From Felis catus (taxonomy: Eukaryota): a DNA stretch of 64,000 nucleotides. Shown here one piece after another: positions 37,750 through 48,590 of this stretch. The notes under the pieces are model-generated. The model was not told where the DNA came from, made no database searches, and saw only the letters and a program-made list of their open reading frames with translations. Each line of letters begins with the position of its first letter. Within the stretch, counting starts at the first letter, position 1. Both the position numbers and the translations under genes were made by a program. The stretch spans positions 88,166,001 to 88,230,000 of the forward strand of contig NC_058368.1 in assembly GCF_018350175.1 (NCBI RefSeq), read 5' to 3'.

Positions 37750-38205
37750 TCAGTGAGGACGCAGAGTGGCCCTGGGTACGTGTGGGGACCCCCTCCCTCA
37801 ACCCCCCATGTGCAGTGAGGACGCAGCCTGGCCCCGGATGTGTATGTGGGGACCCCTGCCCTCAGCTCCCACGTGCAGTGAGGACACAGACTGGCCCTGG
37901 GTGTGTGTGTGGACCCCCGCCCTCAGCCCCGTGTGCAGTGAAGACGCAGGCTGGCCCCGGGTGTGTGTGGGGACCCTGTCCTCAGCCCCCACATGCAGTG
38001 AGGACTCAGGCAGGCCCCAGGTGTTTGTGGGGACCCCCGCACTCAGCCCCCACATGCATTGAGGATGCATGTAGGCTTGCCCCAGGTGTGTGTGGGGACC
38101 CCTGCCCTCAGCCCCACACATGCAGTGAGGACGCAGGCTTGCCCTGGGTGTGTGTGGGGACCCCATCCTCAGCCCCCACGTGCGGTGAGGATGCAGGCTG
38201 GCCCT
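37750..38205. repeat. ~60-bp minisatellite, about 7.5 copies
   Basis: Unit tgcagtgaggacgcaggctggccccgggtgtgtgtggggacccctgccctcagcccccac. Confidence 0.93.
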
Positions 38206-40472
38206 GACACCCTAAGGCAGGCTGGGAGGTGGGCTCGCCTGCCATCCCTCCCCCTCCCCACACCCACAGCTGCTGTCACCAGCACAGCCCCAGGTACCCC
38301 TGGGCCAGCCTTGCTGTGGTTGGTCCTGTTGGACACAGGCATATTTTGGCACCAGCCTAGAGCTGGGTTAATCTCGGAGAATCCAGTCTGGGGGCTGTGC
38401 AGGTTGTAGGCTGCAGCCCTTCCGGTGTGTGGCGGCACGCTGTTGTGGGCACAGCTGTTGACATTCCTGTCTGGGGACACGTCTCCGTCGTGTGAGCTGC
38501 CTTTGTGTGGGGAGTGTGGCTCTTCCACTCTGCAGTGTGGGGTCCCCGGGCCCCTGCCTGCCCTGGCCCAGCTCAGCTGTCCTTGTGCTCAGGGCCGCTT
38601 GAGCTCAGGCATGAGGCCTAGAAGTGCACGAAGTGACCCCTGCCATGTCCCCATGCTCTGAGGCAGGATGCCCTGACCCCAGGATGGGAACTGGGGGTGC
38701 AGGTCGCTGAAGCTCACAGGTGCCTTCTCCCCAGAGGCCTTGCTGCCCACATGGGGCCTGTCTGTGCCTTGCGGACCTTTGGGGTTCCTCCAGCCCATAC
38801 TCTCACTGGTCACAGCACACCAGTTGGTCCTCCTGGCTCAGTGTCCCCAGGCATGTGCTGTGCAACATGTGTATGGACTCAATCTGGTGGGAACACGCCT
38901 TGGGCTCTGCTCACCGACACCCTGGGCTTCTGGGACACTTGTAGCCCGGCTCTCCTGCAGCTCAGGGCTCAGCCCCAGCAGCCCATTGGTGCCATGCTAT
39001 CCCAGAACACTCTGGGGTGTCCTCCCAGTGTGCTGGCCAGCCCCTTGCGCCCACTGCACCTGAGTGTGAAGAGGATGGTTCTTCCCGCTCTGTGTCCTTC
39101 ATGGCTTTACCCTCCAGGGTCTTTTGCAGGGATTCCTTTCTCCCACCTGCCTGCCTACTCCCCTCCGTGCCCCATGCCCTCTGCTTTGGCATCCCTGCAG
39201 CCTTGCTGGGCTCCTGCCTGGGCCTCCTTTGGGCCTGGTTCCCAAGTCTCAGCACCTTGGCCTCCTGCCCTTGGGGAGCTGACCAGGAAGGGCAAGGCTG
39301 GTGCTGCTCCGTCAGGAACGTGGGTCTGGGGTCCTTAGGGCAAGGATCAACTCTGCCCTGTACAGGCTCTGCCCTTGGCAGGGTACATGCCTATCCCCCC
39401 AGCACACTCTGGCCCCCCAAGCCCAGGCAGGGCCAAGGAGAGTCCATGCTGGGGTGTGTGCAGGGCAGGGGAAGGGAGGGGCCTTGGAAGTCATTACCCT
39501 AGGTTGTCCCCAGAGGAGCCTGACCTGCTGTGTCATTGCTGGGTCCATCCAGCTTCTAGGAGCACCTGCCTGAGCACCTTACCCTGCAGAAAGCTGCCAG
39601 GAGCCAGCCCAGTGGCCACCATGCCCTTGAGGGGGCTTTTGAAGGGCAGCAGTAAGAGGGATGGGACATGATGTGGGGTGTAAGTGTCTGAGAATACTGG
39701 AGCCCCTGGCTCCTGTGGGTCACTGGGGTGCAGAGGCTTGTTTCTTGTGATGTTCATGTCAGAGGACCGGAGCCCCACCCATGTCTAGTTGGGCACCTCT
39801 CCTTCTTGAGGGCTGAGGGTCTGGGTGTGCCTAGAGCCCGGATGTGGCATCACCTGTGTGGGGACATTGAGATGTGTCTGAGCACAGAACAGGCAGGAGG
39901 TCAGGACCAGTCGGCCCCTGGGTGGAACAGCTGAAATGGGGGTTGGGGGGACCTGAGAACAGGTGGCTGACTCTGAAGGTCAGGGCCTTGGCTCAGATCA
40001 GAGGGTTAGAGCTGCAGGGGAACAAGGAGCCGGCTCTGGGCCTCCCCTGGGTTCGACCGGGAGCTTCTCAGTGGCCCAGGAGTTCCTGGAGACCCTACTG
40101 GGACCTGCAGGGCCATCTGTACAGGCTGCAGGAGAGCAGGGAATGAGCCAGGACCCTCTCCCAGAGGCCACAGGGCCATTGTGGGGTTGAGTCACTGCAG
40201 CTTTGGGCAGCAGCGGGTGGGGGTCCTGGAGCAGCAGTACATGCTCCAGCTGGGTAAGCAGACACAGGAGTGGGTGGGGCAGAGTGTCGGATGTGTTCCG
40301 CTTGTGGCCTGGGCTCCTGTACCCCTCCCTGCCTTGTCCATCTGCGCCCTTGGCCCACCCCTGTGCTGGTCTGGCCTGAAGGTGCGTGTGTGTGTGTGTG
40401 TGTGTGTGAGTGTGTCTGTCTGTCTGTCTCTCGCCTCGGGCGTGGCCCTCACCCTGGCATCTCTGTACCCAG

Positions 40473-40729
40473 GCTAACGGGCAGTGAGCCCCTGACCATT
40501 CTCCCGCTGACCCTGGAGCCGGAAGCCGCCGCCCAGGCACACTACAAGGCCTGTGACCGGCTGAAGCTGGAACGCAAGCAAAGGCGCATGTGCCGCAGAG
40601 ACCCGGGGGTGGCCGAGACACTGGTGGAGGCGGTGAGCATGAGCGCACTTGAATGCCAGTACCAGTTCCGGTTTGAGCGCTGGAACTGTACCTTGGAGGG
40701 CCGCTACCGGGCCAGCCTGCTCAAGCGAG
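40473..40729 (+). CDS. WNT9A: WNT9A coding exon 2 (257 nt)
   Basis: Acceptor ctctgtacccag| at 40471-40472 and donor GAG|gtgagt at 40730. Encodes [12 protein letters not shown]...[26 protein letters not shown], including the Wnt ECQxQFRxxRWNC motif and an N-glycosylation sequon NCT (N103). Confidence 0.97.
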
Positions 40730-41527
40730 GTGAGTGCACTAGAGGTAGGACCTTCTGAGCAGGTCTGCACCCCTAGGACATCGTCCCTTCACTGGGTCCC
40801 AGGGCACCTGGGGGTAGGGTGCGGAGATGGGGGGGTTGCTTTGTGTGGCTCGTCCTCCGCTCCATCCACCCCTACATCCTGACCGGTCCCTTGTCCCCCA
40901 CTACCACACCCACCTGTAGCTCCACCTTCCTCCCCACACTGCCCTAACAGCCAGGCCCCTCCCTCCTGCCCCGCCCCTCCTGGGGAACAGTAGCTGGCGG
41001 CACGGGGCGCATTTGGGCAGCTTTGACAGGGCGCAAGGCAGCTCTGATGGCTGTTGCCACATGGTGGTGACCAAGGCTCAGCGGCTGGGCATGAGGGGCA
41101 GAGGTCCAGCTGGTGCTCCGAACAGGGAGCCTGCCTTTTCCTCTCTCCTTGCGCTCTGATCTGAGACTTTCAACAGCCTTGTTTAAAAACTGAGGACCTG
41201 AGGGGCAGGGCAGGGCTCGCCAAGTCCCGGGGAGAATCTGGTGGGTCGGAGACGCAGTCTCTGATCCCTGGGCAGAGCCTAAATCTCCATGCACTTGGAA
41301 TTCTCTCTACCCCGACACATCATGTGCCTGGAGCACATAGGAGCGCCTCGTACCCCCGGGGGCTCATGGCGGCCCAGGCAGGGATGCCCCCCACCTGCGG
41401 TGCGCACCCTCAAGGATCCTGACTGCAGACCCCGCATGCTGTCAGCATTCGGGGCTCCAGCAGCACCTGAGTGAGGTGGGGGTTGCTCCTGCCTGCTCAC
41501 CCATCCGCCCTCCCTGCGCCCCCACAG

Positions 41528-41790
41528 GCTTCAAGGAGACCGCCTTCCTCTACGCCATCTCCTCGGCCGGCCTGACGCATGCGCTGGCCAAGGCGTGCAG
41601 CGCCGGCCGCATGGAGCGCTGCACGTGTGATGAGGCCCCCGACCTGGAGAACCGGGAGGCCTGGCAGTGGGGCGGCTGTGGGGACAACCTCAAGTACAGC
41701 AGCAAGTTTGTCAAGGAGTTCCTGGGCCGCCGCTCAAGCAAGGACCTGCGAGCCCGCGTGGACTTCCACAACAACCTCGTGGGTGTGAAG
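41528..41790 (+). CDS. WNT9A: WNT9A coding exon 3 (263 nt), ending at a GC donor
   Basis: Acceptor cccacag| at 41526-41527. Encodes [27 protein letters not shown]...WQWGGCGDN...[11 protein letters not shown]. Wnt homology stops at AAG|gcaagc, and the cumulative length of 615 nt gives phase 0, matching exon 4. Confidence 0.94.
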
Positions 41791-43675
41791 GCAAGCGGGG
41801 CGGGGCGCGGGGCAGGGCATGGGGCCAGGGGCGAGGACTCTGGGTGGGGAGTGGGCATGGGCGGGGTGCGGGGCGGGGCATGGATGTGGGGAGGGGCATA
41901 GGTGTGGGCGGGGCATGGGAATCAGACATAAGCGTGGGCGGGGCGAGGGGGGGCATGGACATGGGGCGGGGTGAGGGTGGGGCATGGGGCCAGGCCCAGG
42001 CCTGGGCGGGGCCAGGGGCCTGGACTCGGGGCAGGGTGTGGGCATGGGCGGGGTACAGGGCGGGACGAGGGGGTATAGGGTGGAGCATAGGTATGGGTAG
42101 GGCATGGGACCAGGCACAGACTTGGTGGGGGCAAGGGGTGGAGCATATGGGTGGGGTGGAGCATGGGGGCGGGGCATGGGAGCAGCCGCTGGTGCTCACG
42201 ACCCGCAAAAGTGGGGGACAGGGCTGGGGCTAGGAGGAGGTGTAGTATTGCCTCCTCCGGGTCTGTGTTCCCGGCATGTGGTGCCAGCCGGGGCCCTGGA
42301 GTCTCCTTACCTTTGAGTGTCATTTTCTTACGGAGATACTGGTTGTTGTGGAGGAGGCGGGGGACAGACTTGTAAGGTCTTTAGCTAGGCCCTTCTGGGG
42401 GCTGCTGGCTGCAGGCTGGCTGGACCTGGGGGTACCTGGCTCCCGGCCATCCTTCACCCTCCCTGTAGCCCCTTAGCTCCTGGGCCTACACGAGAGGAGG
42501 AGGCATGAGTGCTGTCAGCTTCACTGCAGACAGAGCACCCCGTCCCCTTAGTCCTCACACAATGCGGACCACCAAGGGCCCCCCGAGGCTCTGCCCGGCC
42601 TGGGGATGGTCAGGGGCTCTGCGTGCTCGCCAGGCAGCCCCCAGGATGTGGAGCCCCAGCCTGGGAGGGGGCCAGGTAATTAGAGCCAGCCCTGATCTGA
42701 GCCCCTCTTTATTGAGAAACCAGACTTCTGAGTCTTGCACTTATTAAAGAATCAATTTCCCCCTTTTTATTCGGAGCCCTTGTCCCTCCTTCTGCCCTCT
42801 GCAGAGGGGTGCGGGCAGATTAAATCCCCAAGGCGAGGCTATTTCTTTTCTTTTGCATTCTCTCCTTTGTAAGCTATTAATGAAAAGTCAGAATATGGAA
42901 AGTGCTCCATTAGCTCTGCTGGGCCTGGGTAAGCAGCGTTTTAATTAAATTTGTCCAGGTTTCTCAGCAGAGTGTCATTAAATGTGACTCTTCTATTGCC
43001 GGGCCAGAGGGCAGCCACATTTCCTAATCCCCCTCAAGCCAGCCAGCCCTCCCTGAGGGCAGCATGGGAGTTCAGGCCTATCCTGGGATGGGGCCCACTA
43101 GAGAGGGCCTCCTCCGCTCTCTGCTGCCAGGGACCCCAGTGTGGGTGGTCAGGCAGGAGGCCCCTTAGGGCAGCTCTGTGCGTGTGTGTGGAAGTGGGGG
43201 TACCGTCCCTCCCCTCTGGGGCTGACCTGGAAAATCCGGGGGCCAGTTCTGCCAACTGGGCCAGCTAACTCGTTTCTCCTCACTTCTCCAGGAAGTAGGC
43301 TAGTAGGCTGCTGAGCCCAGACTGGGGGGTCCTATTGGGGCATTGACAGCAGGGCTAGAGGGGAGGCTTGCTCAGTCCCTTCAGAGGGGAGCCCTGGATG
43401 TAAGGAGCGAATGTCTCCACGGGACCACAGGTGCTGCAGTGGCCACTCTGGAGGCCATGGTACTGGATGTAGGGCTTCTGTCTGGGGACATCTGCGGCTT
43501 GGAGGTGGAGGGACAGGTGCAAGAGCCAGGAAGCCTGGGTGATGGGTAGTGGTGGTCCCCCAGGCTGGGCTTGGGTCCAGGGGAGCTGTGTGGTCGAGCC
43601 CCTCTGGGGGTCATCTGCAGGGGCTGTGCCCAGCCTCTCAGTGTGGCCCTCATGCTCAGCCCCCTCCCCTACCAG

Positions 43676-44158
43676 GTAATCAAGGCCGGGGTAGAGACCA
43701 CGTGCAAGTGCCACGGCGTGTCAGGCTCCTGTACTGTGCGGACGTGCTGGCGGCAGCTGGCACCCTTCCACGAGGTGGGCAAGCGCCTGAAACACAAGTA
43801 CGAGACAGCACTCAAGGTGGGCAGCACCACCAACGAGGCCACCGGGGAGGCCGGCGCCATCTCGCCGCCTCGGGGCCGGGCTGCAGGGACAGGAGGCAGC
43901 GACCCGCTGCCCCGCACGCCAGAGCTTGTGCACCTGGACGACTCGCCCAGTTTCTGCTTGGCCAGCCGCTTCTCCCCGGGCACTGCCGGCCGCAGGTGCC
44001 ACCGGGAGAAGAACTGTGAGAGCATCTGCTGTGGGCGTGGCCACAACACCCAGAGCCGGGTGGTGACACGGCCCTGCCAGTGCCAGGTGCGCTGGTGCTG
44101 CTACGTGGAGTGCAGGCAGTGCACCCAGCGTGAGGAGGTCTACACCTGCAAGGGCTGA
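43676..44158 (+). CDS. WNT9A: WNT9A coding exon 4 (483 nt including TGA)
   Basis: Acceptor cccctcccctaccag|. Encodes [25 protein letters not shown]...CCGRGHNT...[27 protein letters not shown]. The Wnt signature [10 protein letters not shown] contains the Porcupine-acylated Ser (S221, codon 43721-43723). Total CDS 95+257+263+483 = 1098 nt = 365 aa. Confidence 0.97.
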   Translation, partial: VIKAGVETTCKCHGVSGSCTVRTCWRQLAPFHEVGKRLKHKYETALKVGSTTNEATGEAGAISPPRGRAAGTGGSDPLPRTPELVHLDDSPSFCLASRFSPGTAGRRCHREKNCESICCGRGHNTQSRVVTRPCQCQVRWCCYVECRQCTQREEVYTCKG

Positions 44159-44902
44159 GCCCTGGGGCCGGCCAGGCTGCTGCAGGGGGAAGAGGCCATG
44201 CACCCAGTGTGAGGGGTCTACACTGCAAGGGCTGAGTCCCTGGGATGGGGCCCCCAGCACACTTGGCACATGGTGATGAGAGCCCGGGGATTGGCTGAGT
44301 TTGCTGTCCCTGCCTCTTTGTCCGTACTCTCAAAGACCCAGAGGCGGGAGGTGGCCCTGGTCTGGCCCCTGCATCCCCTCTGTCCGTGTCCCACCCCCAC
44401 CCCCATGACCTGAGAGCGTGGCACCATGCTTTCCAAGCTGTGTCCGTCCCTGAGAGGCCAGTTCCTGCGAGCGGCACCCTTCCCTGCTCTGGGCTCCCTC
44501 TGAGGAGCACCGGGTGCACCTTCGCGGCCATACAGGGTCTCTGTGTGGCCGCCTGTGGGCTGTCCTGCTCCAGCACTGGCTTAGAGAGTCAAACCACTAG
44601 GAGAGAGACAGCCCGGCCACCCAGCCGCGGGGGTCACTGCTGTCCCCTCTGACATGGAGCACTTCTCTTGGGAGTGATGTTGGTGACTGTTAAATTATTT
44701 TTATTTAACTAATATATAATAATTATTATTTCCATCCCTGCCCTGCCTCAGGCTTGTGGCTCCCCTCCTCTTGGTGGTGCCCAGTCTGGAGGGTCCCTTT
44801 CGTCCCTCCCCTCTACGCCCCCTCCTAACCTCTTTGCCTGATCTGCTTTGTCGTTTGAAACCACTAAATCAAGAGGGATGTTGCTGTTGTTGTTTTTAAA
44901 GT

Positions 44903-44908
44903 AATAAA
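44903..44908 (+). terminator. Proximal polyadenylation signal candidate
   Basis: AATAAA with U-rich sequence upstream (ttgttgttttt) and a GU-rich tract (gttgtgtgtgg) just downstream. Confidence 0.5.
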
Positions 44909-46721
44909 GCAGGTTGTGTGTGGACACTGCCCTCAGGGCTTCTGGAAGCCAGGCCCCTATACCCAGCTGCCCCCAGTGAGACTGTCCTGGGAAGTGGGTG
45001 GACCCCACTCTGGGAGACTTTGGCACGCACCCCAGCCACTTTGGTGTAGGTTTTAAGGCCTGGGGTGGCAGCCATTGGCCTGCCCTCCCCCCAGGGGTGG
45101 GCACAGCAGAGGGGAGGGGCCAGCCCCTTGAAGGGTTCATTTCCTAGCTTGCTTTGTGTTACTGCGGGAGGAGGCAGACGTGAGGACGCATGTGGATGGA
45201 GAGAATCTGGGGCTAGGATTTGGCAAAAGGCAGGCTGTTCTCTCTGGCCACTCTGTTGTCTTTGCAGGGAAGGAAAATGGATGGGCTACACTGACCTGGC
45301 TTGGTTTGAGTGTGTGTGCACATGCGTGCATATGTGCAAGAGTGTACGTATGTGTAGTGTGCTTGCATAAGTGGTTTTGTGTGTATACGTGTGCACGAGC
45401 ACACGTGTGTGTGAAGTATGTGTGCATTTATGTGCATGCATGTGTGAACACGCTTGCAGGTTTATGCGTGAGCATATGCGTGAGCACGTGTGTGAGCAAG
45501 TCTGAAGTGTGTGCATGCATGAGACTGTGTCAGCATATGTATGTGTCTGCAGAAGTGTGCATGTGAGCACAGGGGGCTTGTATGACACATGCATCTGTGC
45601 TGTGTGTGTGTGAGCATGTGCACGTAGCTACGCATGCATGCTATATGTGTGATGTGCATGGGCATGTGTGATGTGCATGCATGCATGCATGTGGGTGAAT
45701 GTGTAGCCACATGTATCTGTGGTGTGTGTGCCTGTTCTGGCTGTGTTGGCATGGTCAGTGGTCAGCTGGGATGTGGCCTCCGCTCAGTGCCCTCCCTCAG
45801 CATGAGGCTGTCCTTCCCACGTTGGTGTGAATGGCAGCCTTGGCTCCTAGATCCTTTGGCTCTGGGCCTGCCCTGCTCAGGCTCTGTGGCTGTGTTCTGG
45901 GTGGGTACAGAGCTGGGTGGCAGTGCAGACACAGGAACTACTGAGTGAGGGGGTTCCTTGGAGTTCCGTGGGCTCCAGGAACCCTGGGGACTGTGTTTTT
46001 AAAAGAAAACCTATTTATGTTGATGTGGGTCTCTTGGTCCCTGTTCTATAGTGTAAATAGTGAAGTCTATTCTGTGGTTCAGAGAACATCCCGTGAATGC
46101 CTGCATGCTGAGAGGGTGGGGGCCAGGGGCCCAGAGTGGGTGCAGCCACACCCCCGTGACAAGACTGGAGCTCAGTCACTTCTGGGTCTGGAAAGGCAGC
46201 AAGTCGGAGGAAGGATATTTTGTTAACCAGATACCACATTTAGCTCTATGTCATAATATAAAGGGAAGTATTTTTTTAAACAAGGCAGACTGAAAACGTC
46301 TGCTGGCTGGTCTGTTTATATATAAACATATATCAGAATATCTTGCTAAGCGAACTCCTCCTGACAGAGCCTCTGGTCAGCGTGCTGCTCTTCGTGCAGG
46401 AGAGCCTCTAGAAGAAACTGTGCCCAGGGGTCAGCCTCTCTGGGACGGGGCAGGGGGCGGGCCACAGGGCTCAGCCATGCTGAGGGCCAGGCGGGTCCCG
46501 GCCACCTGCTCCCTGCCAGCCACACACATGTGGACTCCTGGCTCGGTTTGGGAGGTCTGGGTAGGCTGGGGGGAGAGGGGCATTCACACACGAGAACCCT
46601 CGTGCGAGCCTATCGATTTCTCTACCTCATCTGTATAGCGAGTAGGTGTGTACTCGAGTGACTTGGAGAATGTATTTATTTAATGGCTTTGTGTAACAGA
46701 ACAGAAACGAAATGGACACTA

Positions 46722-46727
46722 AATAAA
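46722..46727 (+). terminator. Distal polyadenylation signal candidate
   Basis: AATAAA preceded by UGUA motifs and an AU-rich element, and followed by tctgctgtctt and then a G-rich repeat. Confidence 0.65.
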
Positions 46728-46786
46728 TGTATTTTAAATTATAGCCCCATCTGAGTCTGCTGTCTTCAGAGGGGTTCTGGAGGGCC

Positions 46787-47950
46787 GGAGGGAGGAGGAG
46801 GGCCTGAGGCAGGAGGACCTGAGGGAGGAGGAGGGCCTGAAGGAGGAGGAAGACCTGAGGGAGGAGGGGGGCCTGAGGGGGGAGGAGGATCTGAGGGAGG
46901 AGGAGGGCCTGAGTGAGGAGAAAGACCTGAGGGAAGAGGAGGGCCTGAGGGAGGAAGAGGGCCTGGGGGAGGAGGAGGGCCTGGGGGAGGAGGAGGAGGG
47001 AGGAGGAGGGCCTGAGGGAGGAGGAGGGTGTGAGGGGGGAGGAGGACCTGAGGGAGGAGAAGGGCCTGAGGGGGGAGGAGGGCCTGAGGGAAGAGGAGGG
47101 CCTGAGGGAGGAGGAGGGCCTGAGGGAGGAGGAGGGCCTGAGGGAGAAAGAGGACCTGAGGCAGGAGGAGGGCCTGAGGGAGGAGGAGGGCCTGAGGGGG
47201 GAGGAAGACTTGAGGGGGGAGGAGTGCCTGAGGGGGGAGGAGGGCCTGAGGGAGGAGGAGGGCCTGAGGGAGGAGGAAGGCCTGAGGGAGGAGGAGGGCC
47301 TGATGGAGGAGGAAGGCCTTAGGGAGGTGGAGGGCCTGAGGGAAGAGGAGGGCCTGAGTGGGGAGGAGGGCCTGAGGGAGGAAGACCTGAGGGAAGAGGA
47401 GGGTCTGAGGGAGGAAGAGGACCTGAGGGGGGAGGAGGACCTGAGGGAGGAACAAGGCCTAATGGAGGAGGAGGGTCTGAGGGAGGAGGAAGGCTTGATG
47501 GAGGAAGACTTGAGGAAGGAGTAGGGTCTCAGGGAGGAGGAGGACCTGAGGGGGGAGGAGGGTCTGAGGGAGAAGGAGGGCCTGAGGGAGGAAGACCTGA
47601 GGGGGGAGGAGGGCCTGAGGGAGGAGGAAGACTTGAGGGAGAAGGAGGGTCTGAGGGAGGAGGAGGGCTTGAGGGAGGAAGACCTGAGGGGAGGAGGGCC
47701 TGAGGGAGGAGGGTCAGGGGAGGAAGGCCTGGGGGAGGAGGGTTTGGGAGAGGATGGGGGCCTGGGGGTGAGCCTGAGGGGGAGGAGGGCCTGGGGGAGG
47801 TGGAGGGCCTGGAGGAGGAGGAAAACTTGAGGGAGGAGGGCCTGGGGGAGCAGGGGGGCCTGGAGGAGGAAGGCCTGGGCGTCGGCCCCAGGGGGAGGAG
47901 GGCCTGTGGCGTGGAGGGGGGTCTTGGGGAGGAGGGCCCGAGGGGGGCCC
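46787..47950. repeat. 18-bp G-rich minisatellite (GGGAGGAGGAGGGCCTGA)n
   Basis: Roughly 60 degenerate copies; translates as repeating LREEEG or LRPSSS. Confidence 0.95.
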
Positions 47951-48239
47951 AAGGAGGTACAGGCTTTAGGGAGCAGGAAGGCCTGGAAGGCTCAGCACGG
48001 CCCAGCTGGCTCCAGAGGGGAGGGGCGCTGTCTCCCTGTTCATGGTGGCGAGGCTCCAGCCACACTGTGCAGGGGCCCCACCTGAGGTCCCAGGGATCTG
48101 CTGATGGGCTTGTGTCCTGCTCCTTCCAGCTCAGCCTCCGCTCCCAGCATGCCCTCTAGCCTGGCTCTCAGTGGTGGTGGGGGGCCGTGTGAGCCTGGAG
48201 ACCCTAGTCTGCAGCAGTGGGCTGGTCAAGGTCCCATCC

Positions 48240-48590
48240 CACTTCCCACTGGAGCAAACGGCCACACGGGGGTCTCCCAGATCTAGAAGCCAGAAGATCA
48301 AGCTGTGGGCCTCAGAGACTCTTGGGAGGGTCCTTCTTGCCTCTCCCAGGTGCTGGTGCCCCAGGAAGTTCTGGGCTTCTGGGCACTGCACCCCAATCTC
48401 CACTTCTGTCTCTTTCTCTTCTTTCCCTTTCGGACACCTGTCATGGGACGTGGGACGTGGGACCCACCAGACTACGCAGGGTGCTCTCGTCTTGGGATTG
48501 CTAATCAAGGCTGCAAAGACCCCACCTCCAAATAAGTTCATAGCCTGAGGTTAAGGTGGGTGTGAACTGGGTTGGATGGGTGGGGGACAC
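48240..48590. mobile_element. MaLR LTR (MLT1B/C-like)
   Basis: ctagaagccagaag, tccttcttgcctctccc and ctgcaaagaccccacctccaaataag resemble the MLT1 consensus. Confidence 0.6.

Larger units (their letters stand above)
44159..46750 (+). other. WNT9A: WNT9A 3' UTR (long form, inferred)
   Basis: Runs from the stop codon to the distal AATAAA at 46722. It contains AU-rich blocks (44690-44731, 45990-46060, 46210-46340, 46670-46745) typical of UTR sequence, and minisatellite sequence begins right after it. Confidence 0.6.

Noticed and set aside
37750..38205. Regularly spaced repeats resembling a CRISPR array (also 59370-60070)
   Set aside because: No unique spacers, no cas genes and mammalian context; ordinary minisatellites.
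46627..47952. 441-aa minus-strand ORF and overlapping LREEEG ORF
   Set aside because: Translation of an 18-bp minisatellite; a unit length divisible by 3 keeps frames open without selection.
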